Positions 1 through 12,877 are shown, numbered from the whole stretch's first letter. The stretch: DNA of 63,204 nt, filler included, from Octopus bimaculoides (GCF_001194135.2; 5 parts of 5 records of this genome joined end to end with filler, not necessarily neighbours in it), one strand, 5' to 3'. Notes: generated from the sequence alone by a model not told the origin. Numbers and translations: made by a program.

Positions 1-215
1 TGCTAATAACAGGGTCTAATTAAACTATATATTTTATACACACTCATATATATATGTATGTATATATTCATACAAATATGCTATCATAAAAATATTGTAT
101 GTCCACGTGTGTGTGATTTTACATTTTAATTTACAAACAGCATGAAAATATTCAATAGATGATGCCTACAGCATCAAAAATTACGCTCACACACACACAC
201 ATACACATACATCCA

Positions 216-281
216 TATATAAGTACAGACAGACAGCCAGACAGACAGACAGACAGATAGATAGATAGATAGATAGATAGT

Positions 282-338
<57 letters not shown>

Positions 339-340
339 GC
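216..340. repeat. Compound (CA)/(CAGA)n/(GATA)n microsatellite
   Basis: Direct reading of tandem units. Confidence 0.95.
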
Positions 341-831
341 ACACACATCTATATTAGTATATATATTAGTGAGTGTCGACATTTTATATTATGATGTCAC
401 ATATTGCTTGGATTTCATTTGGGTGTGAGAAATAAATTTAACAAATTTTAAAATGTATGCGACACCCCTACCCCTCGCATATCCACCCTCCCCCTAATAC
501 TGCATTTTGAATACTGAAAATTTAAGGAACAGTAAACTTGTTTTAATGCTATTAGCTTTGTATTGGTTAAATATTATCTATATAACATTTTATAATTTAT
601 ATGCAACCCCACCACCACCTAAAAAAAGTTATTGGAATCTTTATTTATTTATATTGTTTCTGTTAATTGTTTTTATATAAAACCTATATTCAGAAAAGCA
701 TTTTCAACGTAAAAAAACGTAAAATCTTAATGATTATTATGATATGCAATGAAAAAAAAACTATGCACGAACCTCAAACGAAATACATGAACAGTGAACA
801 TCATAAAATAAGCATTAATAATATTTACTAT

Positions 832-999
832 TTAATTAAATGACCGTTGTCTTTTCCAGTGAGATAAACTTTGTCTTGATTTCTGTACATTTGATATGAA
901 TTTGTGCCTATTTTCGTAGCCTGTTCTAACTTCAGAAGCTTTTGTCACTAAATTGTTAGCATGCTCGACTCCTTGGCTGTGACAAGGAAGAGATATTGG
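832..999 (-). pseudogene. C-terminus of an hATm-type (PCHxQxVER family) transposase
   Basis: Minus-strand translation PISLPCHSQGVEHANNLVTKASEVRTGYENRHKFISNVQKSRQSLSHWKRQRSFN* matches the PCH(S/T)QxVER..KLVTEAS..V.G...R..FI.....SR C-terminal motif. An in-frame stop lies immediately upstream. Confidence 0.72.
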
Positions 1000-1041
1000 C
1001 TATGACAGTCAGATCTTTTTATTTGTCATAACACGTGTAGG

Positions 1042-1195
1042 TACATATATACAGTGGCCAGAAAGTCGGGGTCCAAAAATTTATACAGTGGTCAAAAATC
1101 GGGCTCCACACATATATACAGTGGCCACAAAGTCGTGGAACACACATTTATACAGTATACATAAAGTTGGGTTCCACACATATATATACAGCCGT
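1042..1195 (+). repeat. Five-unit ~34-bp degenerate tandem repeat (tatacagtggyca.aaagtcgg..tccaca)
   Basis: acagt/acagc anchors at 1051, 1085, 1118, 1152 and 1188 (periods 34, 33, 34, 36). Confidence 0.85.
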
Positions 1196-1407
1196 CTAAT
1201 TTCTTATCAAAACTATCTCCTCTTTGCTTGATAGGTATTTTGTTTAATTTATAAGCAGATTCACTCACTCTCTAAATTTTTAGAGCTATTCCCTCAAACC
1301 CAATATAAGGAAAAGGAGATTTGTCCCATATCGTTTGCACATCTGCAGCAACAATCCGGTAGCATTCTTTCGCTGTGGGTGAAGTTTTTGATATCTGTTC
1401 TTCACGT
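1196..1407 (-). pseudogene. Probable N-terminal part of the same hATm-like transposase
   Basis: Translation REEQISKTSPTAKECYRIVAADVQTIWDKSPFPYIGFEGIALKI*RVSESAYKLNK resembles the VA..V..IW.KA.IP......KI N-terminal motif of this family. Confidence 0.42.
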
Positions 1408-2054
1408 NNNNNNNNNNNNNNNNNNNNNNNNNNNNNNNNNNNNNNNNNNNNNNNNNNNNNNNNNNNNNNNNNNNNNNNNNNNNNNNNNNNNNNNNNNNNN
1501 NNNNNNNNNNNNNNNNNNNNNNNNNNNNNNNNNNNNNNNNNNNNNNNNNNNNNNNNNNNNNNNNNNNNNNNNNNNNNNNNNNNNNNNNNNATAATCTGAA
1601 AAACGAAACAAAATCATTTAACAAGTGTATACATTTTCTAAAAAAAAAATTCATTTAACACACTGAAAAGTTGTAATTTTACCATGTTAGAGGAGTACCT
1701 ACCTACTAAGACAATTGTCTTATATCTCAATGTTTTACTATCTTTACACATCGGATGTTTTAAGCAAGGTTTCTACTGTGAAATATGATAAAATGTTTCA
1801 TATCCATAACAATTTAGTATATATGTGTTAGAGATTATATGATTAATATAGAAAATTAGAGTATTTAATTGTGGTGGGGGGGGGGGCATGCGAGGAGTAC
1901 GGCGGATCACATAACCCTAATTTTCATATATTTTATTTAGAGTACTGTTTGAAACTCTGTGCATACCATGGAATTAAGGTTCCTTAAAAATGGTTGTTTC
2001 GACCCCCGCCTAATATGTACATTATCAGTAGGTCATATATCCGAACGGCTAACC

Positions 2055-2277
2055 GCTTTATAGGTGCAAAACCACACACAACCCTACGCATACGCACGCA
2101 CACGCACACAAACGCACATATACCTCCCACACATACAATACACACATACAACGTACACCCACATGCACACATACACACGCACAGACATACACTCACATGC
2201 ACATAGACAAACACACACACCCACACGCACACATGTACACACATACCCACACGCGCACAGGTACATGCACATACAGA

Positions 2278-2371
<94 letters not shown>

Positions 2372-2765
2372 CAGACAGACAGACAGACAGACAGAGTGTT
2401 ATACACAGAGGCACACACACGTACCCATACACATGCACATACACACAGAGACACACACAGACACGCACCCATACACATGTGCATAAACACACATACACAG
2501 ACGCATGTGCATACACACACACACATTCGCACACACGCACTCCGTCTATGCTCACATGACAACACACACATACACACACACAGTCACACCTACCCATTCA
2601 CACACCTTTCAGTCTGCCGCTCACTCACTACAGATCACTCCATCTATGCACACACACGCGCGCGCACACACACACAACCACACGCACCCATTCAAACACC
2701 TTTCACTATAGCTGCTGACTTTTGATTGACCTCTCAGAACGGCATATACTTGCACACAGAGCTTA

Positions 2766-2833
<68 letters not shown>

Positions 2834-2900
2834 ACGCGCGCAATTACTGCCTCACACACACAAGCTACCACACAGAGACACACACATACCAACCAACTTC
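2055..2900. repeat. Large (CA)n/(TA)n/(GA)n/(GACA)n microsatellite cluster
   Basis: Direct reading. It is the source of the HT/YI/CV ORFs in the track. Confidence 0.95.
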
Positions 2901-3790
2901 ATACACTCCTGTCCCAGAAACCACTTTCTCTTTCTCCTTCTACTTCCGGTCATTTGAGAAATGTAACCGCACGTGGACTGTCGGCGATTTTTCCTCATTT
3001 TCCTTACTTTTCCTTTCTCTTTGGACTTGCCTGTTTTCGAGGAAGAGCTACGCTTGAAACGTTAACAACAACTCACTTCCTTCACCGAGCGACCAATTAA
3101 TGTTTCTTGTGCATGTACTCGTGTTCGTTTTTTTTTTCTTTTTTTCTGTTTTTTTTTTTTTTAACTGTTTGTTTATTTCACTTGACTATATACAAAAGAA
3201 AATTTAGAAAATGGAGATGTAGCATTAATATAATCTATTATCTGAAAAAATGCAACATATTCTCTTATAGGTGTTTCAATTTATCCTAAAAGACTAAATT
3301 ACAATAATTAAATCATTGCATTAAACCAAATCTCGTCTGAGGAGTAGAAAAAATATACCGTTAATATTAGGCGTCGTGTTTTCAAATCATCTCAGCAGAC
3401 TGAATATTATTTTGTTACTAATATTAGTATAAACCNNNNNNNNNNNNNNNNNNNNNNNNNNNNNNNNNNNNNNNNNNNNNNNNNNNNNNNNNNNNNNNNN
3501 NNNNNNNNNNNNNNNNNNNNNNNNNNNNNNNNNNNNNNNNNNNNNNNNNNNNNNNNNNNNNNNNNNNNNNNNNNNNNNNNNNNNNNNNNNNNNNNNNNNN
3601 NNNNNNNNNNNNNNNNNNNNNNNNNNNNNNNNNNNNNNNNNNNNNNNNNNNNNNNNNNNNNNNNNNNNNNNNNNNNNNNNNNNNNNNNNNNNNNNNNNNN
3701 NNNNNNNNNNNNNNNNNNNNNNNNNNNNNNNNNNNNNNNNNNNNNNNNNNNNNNNNNNNNNNNNNNNNNNNNNNNNNNNNNNNNNNNNNN

Positions 3791-3995
3791 GTTTGTGTGC
3801 CTGTGTTTGTCCCCCCACCATCGCTTGACAACCGATGTTGGTGTGTTTACGTCCCCGTACCTTAGCCGTTTGGCAAAAGAGACCGACAGAATAAGTACTA
3901 GGCTTACAAAGAATAAATCCTGGGGTCGATTTGTTCGACTGAAGGCAGCGCTCCAGTATGGCCGCATTCAAATGACTGAAACATATAAAAGAATA
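3791..3995 (+). mobile_element. SINE family A/B, 3' module (ttgacaaccgatgttggtgtgtttacgtccccgt...gctccagyatggccgc.gtcaaatgactgaaac)
   Basis: The same module recurs about 10 times in the window (17610, 19065, 35440, 44610, 47895, 49290, 57470, 59245, 61147). The 5' part is lost in a gap. Confidence 0.85.
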
Positions 3996-4059
3996 AAGAA
4001 TATACTTATGTTTCGAAATGGTTTGTCTTCATTCGTTGTTGTATGCAACACATGCGTAT

Positions 4060-4460
4060 ATGCAATGCATGCGTGTATATATCTATGTATGTAGTGCTCA
4101 AGAATCTAACAGAAGAAACAGCACATCAGTACAAAAATNNNNNNNNNNNNNNNNNNNNNNNNNNNNNNNNNNNNNNNNNNNNNNNTGTATGTAGTGCTCA
4201 AGAATCTAACAGAAGAAACAGCACATCAGTACAAAAACTTTAAAATATATTCACATATATACGCAATGCATGCGTGTATATATCTACGTATGTAGTGCTC
4301 AAGAATCTAACAGAAGAAACAGCACATCAGTACAAAAATTTGAAAATATATTCACATATATATGCAATGCATGCGTGTATATATCTACGTATGTAGTGCT
4401 CAAGAATCTAACAGAAGAAACAGCATATCAGTACAAAAACTTGGAAATATATTCACATAT
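4060..4460 (+). repeat. ~101-bp minisatellite, four copies
   Basis: gtagtgctcaagaatctaacagaagaaacagca at 4091, 4191, 4292 and 4393. A 47-N gap lies between copies 1 and 2. Confidence 0.85.
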
Positions 4461-5461
4461 ATATATATTGATGTTTGTTATTCTTTGTTTTTGTTCTTAA
4501 AGCCCCAACTTAACCAAATAGCTCTGGCTCATCGTGCTTATTCCCACCATTGTGAATCGGTTTGGATTCTCTATTGTATGCGATGCAGCCAATGTCATGT
4601 GCTGTCTTCTTGATTAGCTGCTCAGTGGCGATAATTAAATAACACACCACAAAGCCAACTAATTAATTACGCTTGTTTTTCTAAACATATGTACTGCCAC
4701 TTATGCCTGCACACGCACTTCTAAACACGTACACATGCGCGCGCACACTCATTCACACACAGAACAATTTCGGCAGAGAAAGATATATATATATATANNN
4801 NNNNNNNNNNNNNNNNNNNNNNNNNNNNNNNNNNNNNNNNNNNNNNNNNNNNNNNNNNNNNNNNNNNNNNNNNNNNNNNNNNNNNNNNNNNNNNNNNNNN
4901 NNNNNNNNNNNNNNNNNNNNNNNNNNNNNNNNNNNNNNNNNNNNNNNNNNNNNNNNNNNNNNNNNNNNNNNNNNNNNNNNNNNNNNNNNNNNNNNNNNNN
5001 NNNNNNNNNNNNNNNNNNNNNNNNNNNNNNNNNNNNNNNNNNNNNNNNNNNNNNNNNNNNNNNNNNNNNNNNNNNNNNNNNNNNNNNNNNNNNNNNNNNN
5101 NNNNNNNNNNNNNNNNNNNNNNNNNNNNNNNNNNNNNNNNNNNNNNNNNNNNNNNNNNNNNNNNNNNNNNNNNNNNNNNNNNNNNNNNNNNNNNNNNNNN
5201 NNNNNNNNNNNNNNNNNNNNNNNNNNNNNNNNNNNNNNNNNNNNNNNNNNNNNNNNNNNNNNNNNNNNNNNNNNNNNNNNNNNNNNNNNNNNNNNNNNNN
5301 NNNNNNNNNNNNNNNNNNNNNNNNNNNNNNNNNNNNNNNNNNNNNNNNNNNNNNNNNNNNNNNNTATATATATATATATTTATATACACACACACATACA
5401 TACATACATACATATATATGTATATTTATTTATATATACATATACAACATACATGCATACA

Positions 5462-6720
5462 TACTCTTGAACTAAATCTGGTCCTGGGCCCTTCCAATTC
5501 AGCATTTTTCCTAACACTGCTCATTTATGCACTGGTTAATCTTAGTTTTGGTTGCTTTTCACTTACTATTTCTTCCCTCACTTTCTTTAACCATCTGCTT
5601 CTCCATTATGATTGACTGACTTGTCCCAAATATTACTCCAGAATTTTTTAGCTTCTTCTGCATTAGGTTTCTCATCTTCAGTACTTCGTTTTCCACTATT
5701 TATTTGGTTATAAAATCTCCTCTGGTCTGTCTCAAATAATCTATTCTGTTGATACTGATCTATTCTTTTCTGATATCTGGAGAGCTTGCCTGCTACTGCT
5801 ATGATACGCTGTTTCAACACTTCTATTACTGCCCCAAATCCTTTCTCTTTGACTAAGTATCTTTTCCGGACTTGTTCAGTTTCCAGGCTTCTATTCTACT
5901 CAGATCTTGTTTTAAAGTCTTCACTTGTCTTAAAGTCTTCCTTTTGTAGTCTCCTTTTCTACATTTGCTCTTTTTTAATCTTTCCCTGTATGATATCTAA
6001 TGTTCCAGTGGCTACTATCCCTCCTGCATAGATCAGTAAATTAGTGTCTCCTACATTTTTAGTATCTATCCTACTGACAACAGAATCTACTTTCCTAGTC
6101 ATTTCTAGCAGCTTCCTTCCGTTGGTGCCTTTTAATGCAGGCAATCTTTTTCTCACTTTTTTGGTCATTACTTCCTGCAACTCATCTAAAATCTTATGAT
6201 CTTCCTCACGCAAATCACTTTAAGTCACCGCTACCAGTTGTCCCTTTTTTATTGGCAGCGCCATTATTATTTTTCCTTTTAGGTTCTTCTTTGGTTTGAT
6301 CTGTATCTCTTATGTTGTTTGTCTTTCCCACTGCCTGGTCTTTCTTTTCCAGTTCCCTGGTTATCTCTTCTACCTCCAATTCTGTCATCCACTTTCTTCT
6401 CCGAATAGTATTAGCTTGATCAACTAATCTCTGCTCATTCACTTTAAACATACCCTTCTCTACCCAAAGTGTTAACATCCGTTTTCTATAGCCCCTTCTT
6501 TTAGGTTCACTTTCTAAGTAGCAGTGCATCACTATCCTGTTTTCTTCGCTGGTCCACTTTCTCCTCTTTGCTCTATTATCTGTTGATACCGTATTAGGAT
6601 AACAGCTGTGGTCAGTCTGCGTCATTACGCAACCACTGCTGAGCGAGAGGTTTTCCCTTAATGGTCCAGCTTCATTTTCGCTGTTACACCCAGAGTTTCT
6701 TCCGAAACTACTGTCTTATA
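5462..6720 (-). mobile_element. R4/Dong-clade RLE retrotransposon (lineage A), 5' portion, disabled
   Basis: RRKWTSEENRIVMHCYLESEPKRRGYRKRM...EQRLVDQANTIRRRKW is the R4/Dong N-terminus. It continues through LKQRIIAVAGKLSRY...QNRLFETDQRRFY...FWSNIW to NWKGPGPD at the start of RT. Stops, a frameshift and a small internal duplication near 5910-5940 are present. Confidence 0.88.
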
Positions 6721-6789
6721 AACTGAGTTAAGGTAACGTTCCTCACCATCGTCATCACCATTATCTTTCAACATCTGAATGTTTCAAGC

Positions 6790-7014
6790 AACTTTCTGTT
6801 GCATTATTTGTTGCACCTTTGTGTTAGTGGGGTGGTGCGTGCTGCATTTTTCTTTGGGGGGGGGGGAAGGATATTGTATTGTATCAGTATGTTTTGTTAT
6901 GGGGTTTGATTTGAGTCTTCTGTTGTATTAGTTTTTTGTATTCTGTTGCGTGTGTAGCGCAGGTTGTGGATTTTGTTCATACTGTTGGATATTTACAGTA
7001 TGAGTTTATTCTTA
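6790..7014 (-). mobile_element. Possible Penelope-like element remnant (RT-to-endonuclease linker)
   Basis: Weak resemblance to the NK.TVKISYS..NMNKI..H and CPL...C segments. Heavily frameshifted and ends at a gap. Confidence 0.25.
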
Positions 7015-7539
7015 NNNNNNNNNNNNNNNNNNNNNNNNNNNNNNNNNNNNNNNNNNNNNNNNNNNNNNNNNNNNNNNNNNNNNNNNNNNNNNNNNNNNNN
7101 NNNNNNNNNNNNNNNNNNNNNNNNNNNNNNNNNNNNNNNNNNNNNNNNNNNNNNNNNNNNNNNNNNNNNNNNNNNNNNNNNNNNNNNNNNNNNNNNNNNN
7201 NNNNNNNNNNNNNNNNNNNNNNNNNNNNNNNNNNNNNNNNNNNNNNNNNNNNNNNNNNNNNNNNNNNNNNNNNNNNNNNNNNNNNNNNNNNNNNNNNNNN
7301 NNNNNNNNNNNNNNNNNNNNNNNNNNNNNNNNNNNNNNNNNNNNNNNNNNNNNNNNNNNNNNNNNNNNNNNNNNNNNNNNNNNNNNNNNNNNNNNNNNNN
7401 NNNNNNNNNNNNNNNNNNNNNNNNNNNNNNNNNNNNNNNNNTAGAAATTGTCTTCAGGAGAGAAGTTTCGAAAACTTCTCAGAAAATCTCATCTCCCTCC
7501 TTCTCACTTTTCTTCATTACTTCGTTTACTCTCTACCCC

Positions 7540-7557
7540 TCTCTTTCTCTATCTCTG

Positions 7558-7654
<97 letters not shown>

Positions 7655-8383
7655 CTATCTTTCTATCTATCTTTCCCTCTCTGCACCCATACATCTACGG
7701 CTCAACCAGCATGAGAAGCATCCTAAAAAGCGAAGAATCTAAAGTAACTATCCACCGACCAACCAACCAACCAACCAACCAACCAACCAACCGGTCAACC
7801 AACCAACCAGCCAGCCACACCCTTTCCTCAACCGCTACCACTACCGGTTCGTCCAAATGCCGTTAACACCATCATCTAACCTAGTAACATCCGTCTACGT
7901 CAGCCAGCCCACATTCATTTGCTTGCAGCTTCCTTTACCGCACCTCAGACACAAACATACACACACATACACACATCACATACACGCACACACATACACA
8001 CACACATGTACGTACTCACACACATATACAGACACGCACACACACACACACGTTCACAATTATAATTCTAACCCATATACTTTCGCACTTTCATACTTTC
8101 ATTTTCACTTTCACTTAGAATTATTATTGTCGTTGTTGATGCTGTTGTTGTTGTTGTTGTTAACATTATTATTACTGTCATCATCGTCGTCATCCCCATT
8201 ACCGTCATCAGCATAAGTATTGCTATTGTTTTGTATTTATTTATGATATACAAATTAGATATTAATATTATTAATAGTATTAGTATTGCTCTTGCTCTGT
8301 TAGTTTTCTTATTTTTTACTTCCTTGTCTTGCTCATGTCTCTCTCCTTCCTCCCTCTGTCTCCTTCTATCTCTCCCTCCCCAT

Positions 8384-8462
<79 letters not shown>

Positions 8463-8798
8463 GCGTGTGTACGTTTTCTATTTCCTTCAGACAACCTTGT
8501 TTTACAGCTCTTAATTCTTCCTTTACATTAATCTCTCTCATCCACTCTCTCTCCCCCGCTCTCTCTTCCACACACACATATACACATACACACACTCACA
8601 CGCACACACACATACACACACACACTCTCATCCCTTTTCTCTCATTAATTTATCTTAGTATTGTATTTTTGTTTGTTTATTTGTTTTATTTAGTTTATTG
8701 ACCTCTTTTCTATGGCTGAAGTTATTTACTTCAGCCATACATTGTCTCATGAATGTACATGTATGTATGTATGTATGTATGTATGTGTGTGTGCTTAA

Positions 8799-8870
<72 letters not shown>

Positions 8871-9250
8871 ATGTATGTATGTATGTATATATATACATAC
8901 ATATATACATACATGCATATGTACATGGTACATGCGTATATATATATATACACACAAAAATGCATAAATGTGTGAATATGTGTATATACATAGAAAATAT
9001 GATTGTATGCATATAGGTAATTATATGTGTAAGTACATGTTCATATACGTATTTAATTTTGCCTGTATGTATATCTGTGTACGCATGTAGATTTATATGT
9101 GTGCATATTTGTATGTGTGTATGCATTTAAGCATATATGCAGTCATCTGCTAAGTATCTCTATATATGCATGATATATATATATATATATATATACACAT
9201 ACACATAAATATTCGACCGACGTATGTTCTCATACATACATACAATACAT
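7540..9250. repeat. Microsatellite cluster: (CT)n, (CTAT)n, (ACCA)n, (CA)n, (TTG/TTA)n, (TA)n, (TATG)n
   Basis: Direct reading. Confidence 0.9.
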
Positions 9251-9944
9251 ACGTATGTGCATACATTCCGCATAGATGCATATGAAAACCCACATACAAA
9301 CACAGAAGCACATGCACAGACCGCATGCACCAAAGGCACGTGTCGTCATTGAATCGCTGATGCCCGCCAGCTATTTCTAATGCCTGCTGTGTCGTGGCAC
9401 CGTCCATTTCTGCGACGCTCTCACGCTGAATTGAATTGGGAAAAACAAAAAGAAAAACACCTCCTTTTTTTTTTTTTAAATCCCAGAAAACTCCACCTCT
9501 GCATCTTACCGCTTCTTCCTTCTTTCTTCTTTTTCTTCAGCCGTCCCCTCCTCTTTCACCCTTATTTCATTTCTCCTAATTCTTTCACCCGTCAGCTGTA
9601 AAGGAGACTATCTTCTAATTTCGCGAATGAATCCTCGTTCTTGCGAAATCGCTTTTTTTTCTTTTTCTTCTTTTTTTCTTTCTTCTGTTGATTTTTCTTT
9701 CACTTTTTCATTCATTTTTTTTGTATGTTTTATTTTCTTTATTTCATTATTTATGTCTTTCTTTCTTGTTTTCATTCACTTTTATTTCATTCTTTTCCTC
9801 AACTCACCACTGCCTCCTCACTGTGATATGTTTCCCTACTAATTTCATCTAAAACCTCGATGCCTAATCACACACCAAATCACGCGATATGGGCTTCACC
9901 TCCAACCACCACTGGTATATTTAAATATATTCAATGCGATGATG

Positions 9945-9979
9945 ATGATGTTGATGATGATGATGATGATGATGATGAC

Positions 9980-10011
<32 letters not shown>

Positions 10012-10050
10012 CAAAAACAACAACTACGACGACGACAGCAACAACAAAAA
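9945..10050. repeat. (GAT)n-(GAC)n-(CAA)n compound trinucleotide repeat
   Basis: Direct reading. The poly-Asp ORF is incidental. Confidence 0.9.
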
Positions 10051-10249
10051 CATCAACAAGAATACTTTCGTGAGTGGCCGTAAGGGCCTGAAAAACATTT
10101 AGGACAATATAAAACCGAAAGATACTGGGAATTTATTTGTAAACAATAAGAAAAAAACAATGACAATAAAGAAAATTCTAACAACAAAATCGTCATCAAA
10201 AGGTTGAAATGCCACTCGGGAGCCAAATAAGAACAGCACAAACCTTGAA

Positions 10250-10604
10250 TCATCCTACTCACCAGGAGATCTATGATAGGTGCTGGTCACTCTTCCATAT
10301 TTTCAGCCTACAGGCGCATGCTTATACTAAGTCCATTCACTTGGGCCATTCTCGCTACAGTCACCCACCGTTTTACAAATTGATTGGAAGTTATCATCTT
10401 CTCCATCCCCACTTTCCTTTCCATGTAGAATTTCAAATAGTCGGTGAGGACTTGACCGAACAGGAAAGTGACTGTCTTTAGCCCATTCGGTCACGTTCAC
10501 CACACATGATATTGGAAAATTGCCTGTCCTTCCCGGTCAAAGAAAGGTGGTAGGGTGAACTTCATGATGAAGTCGGCCGATAGCTAGATCCATCTTATCT
10601 GTGA
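10250..10604 (-). mobile_element. Possible 3' end of an L1/Tx1-type LINE ORF2
   Basis: Translation GQVLTDYLKFYMERKVGMEKMITSNQFVKRWVTVARMAQVNGLSISMRL* resembles C-termini I recall from such elements. No catalytic motif is present. Confidence 0.3.
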
Positions 10605-10606
10605 TA

Positions 10607-11009
10607 GCAGCTGTTCAACATATCTCCATGAGTCAGCAATACTCATGCACTATATGAGCGCGGGCAGGGTTGCTTCATATCTCTACGCGCATCACGGGCA
10701 GGTGCGGCTGAGGCTACCTCCATGCCTATAGAGTTCATGCCGAATCGAAAATGCCCTCCGGTAGCACTGCAAGGCTAAGCGTTTCAGGAAATTAAACATG
10801 GGACCTGGTCCGAAAGTCCTCGAGGAAAAAAAAAACAGCTGCTTGAATTTTATACATATCCAGAGTTTCCTCCGAGGACTTAGTCGCTTTTATCCACCAC
10901 TAATCTTCTATAGAATACCATGAAATTCGCGTAGAGAGACAAAGCGTTCTGCGCGCGCTTGTCCAGTGCTCGAGTATTGCTGACATGGGGAAATATGTTG
11001 AACAGCTGC
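10607..11009. mobile_element. 403-bp MITE with ~45-bp TIRs and TA TSD (Tc1/mariner-type, non-autonomous)
   Basis: Left gcagctgttcaacatatctccatgagtcagcaatactc versus reverse-complemented right gcagctgttcaacatatttccccatgtcagcaatactc. TA at 10605-10606 and 11010-11011. Confidence 0.85.
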
Positions 11010-11011
11010 TA

Positions 11012-11315
11012 ACACATGTAATTTCACGAGCAGGTTATTCCGTTGATCGGATCAACTGGAAATTAACATGCAAGTAGCTGAGCACTCTACAGATGCGCGT
11101 GCCCCTAATGTAGTTCTAAGGGAGATTCAGCGTGATACAGAATGTCACAAGGCTGATCCTTTGAAATATAGGTACTATTCATTTCTGCTAGCCGAATGCA
11201 CTGGAGGAACGTAAAATAAAGTGCCTTGCTCAAAGACACCACTCATCGTCTGGTGTCGAACTCAAGACCTTATGACCGTGAGGCAAATACCTTAACCACT
11301 AAGCCACGCGCCTTT
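11012..11315 (-). mobile_element. tRNA-derived SINE family D (Meta/V-SINE-like core ttgagcaag.cactttat)
   Basis: Head ggcgcgtggcttagtggttaagg...gagttcgacacc with A and B boxes. Co-linear with the 62338-62660 copy. Confidence 0.82.
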
Positions 11316-11431
11316 ACCGGAGCATAATAGTAATTAATAAAGGAATGATAAATGTAGAAGAATTATGTAATTACTTTCATTAACTCAGAATTGTTTGGCA
11401 CGTGTGTGTGTGTATGTGTGTGTGTGTGTGT

Positions 11432-12816
11432 GTGTTGGAAAAAAAAGTCCTGTCGCATTTCAAGATGGGAATAGAACACATGTTTCTTTAGTTTTAATTC
11501 TTGTTATTAATAAAGATAATATTTTCCCCTCATTATTGATAACATAATTTCATCTATTGAGCAAATTATTAATCTTTCAGGCGAAAAAAGTTCTTTAGCT
11601 TTCGAAGCAAAGAAACACTGAATATCTCTTTTCAAGCACTACCCAAATAATAAACTGTTTTTCCTACCAAATAATTCTGCAATGATCTGAAAAGTTGATA
11701 GTAAGAAAGATGGAGCAAGGTCAGGAGAGTGGGGAAGGTGAGGCAAAAATTACATATTTAGTGCCATAATCTTTTTTCCTGTGTGACTTAGGCAATATAT
11801 GGTCTCGCATTATCACGCAAGTCCAATATGTCTTTACGACTGAACAATGACGGATGCTTCTTCTGCAAATGTTTGTGCAATGCCTCCATTTGACGATAAT
11901 ACTTCTCCACATTGAGAGTTATTCTGGTTTAACACTTNNNNNNNNNNAATGACGGATGCTTCTTCTGCAAATGTTTGTGCAATGCCTCCATTTGACGATA
12001 ATACTTCTCCACATTGAGAGTTATTCTGGTTTAACACTTCATGATATATGACTCCGTTCATATCTCACCAAAAACAGAGCATAATTTTTCTTGACCGTAG
12101 TCCTGGTTTGGGGATAGATTCCTCATTTTCGTTGGGTGCTAACTATTGTCGTTTTCGTTGGATATGATTAGAGAGAACCAACGTTTTATCACAAGTGATG
12201 ATTCTACCCAGAAAAGGTTCGCTAGCAAGTCTATTTTTCAACAACGAACAGAGGGCAACTCTTTGATTAAGCTGAGAAGCATTGAAATGATGAGAGACAC
12301 ACTAACCAAGTTTAGACAATTTTCCAAGTTCATGAAGGTGTTTTCTCATCGAAGTGTGACTTAAATTCAACTACTTTGCTCACTCTCGTGTAGTTTGTTT
12401 TAGATTTTCATCAGCTTCAGTTTTCAGAAGCTCAAAACTGACAAATCTTGGTCGTGCAGATCAAGGGGAATCTGCGAGAGAGAAATTTCTCAAGCGAAAC
12501 TTATCAAGCCATCGTTGGCATGTTCGGAAACTTAAAGTATCATTTTCATAGACGGGACGAATATTTCCTGTCACGCCCGTTGCTGAAGTGCCCCTTTTGA
12601 AATCATATAGTATACAGTGACTGATATGGATGGTCTGATCTAAACTCATTTTAAAAAGTAACACTCGACACCAATTTAACAAGTATTATATATAGTAATC
12701 TGCAGAGAATGAAAAGCAGTACAATGTATAAATTAATTCTTATTTTACCGTAAATATTGAGAAACTACTTTCAAAGGGATCATGTAAAAAATAGAAGCAG
12801 AACATTCTTTACAATC
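11432..12816 (-). mobile_element. Old mariner element with degenerate TIRs, embedded in (GT)n
   Basis: Minus-strand HISHCILYDFKRG...TCQRWLDKF, IITCDK, DNARPY, HSPDLAPS and GKYYLY* span about 12649-11505 with many stops. A 90-bp duplication across the 11-N gap at 11938 is probably an assembly overlap. Confidence 0.88.
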
Positions 12817-12834
12817 TATTGTGTGTGTATGCGT

Positions 12835-12875
<41 letters not shown>

Positions 12876-12877
<2 letters not shown>

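Larger units (their letters stand above)
355..2015 (-). mobile_element. Decayed hATm-like DNA transposon with degenerate long inverted ends
   Basis: About 360-500 and 1870-2015 are imperfect inverted repeats (shared tattag..gtcga and tatg.ga..cc.ta..cctcgcat). Transposase remnants lie on the minus strand between them. Confidence 0.5.

Noticed and set aside
1984-3100. Long His/Thr, Cys/Val and Tyr/Ile-rich ORFs here and throughout the window
   Set aside because: They are translations of dinucleotide microsatellites, which lack stop codons in several frames.
4060-4460. CRISPR-like repeat-spacer array (also 1042-1195 and 45565-45745)
   Set aside because: The spacers are not unique, no cas genes are present and the context is eukaryotic.
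11847-12038. 90-bp tandem duplication in the mariner ORF
   Set aside because: The copies flank an 11-N gap, which is typical of an unmerged contig overlap.
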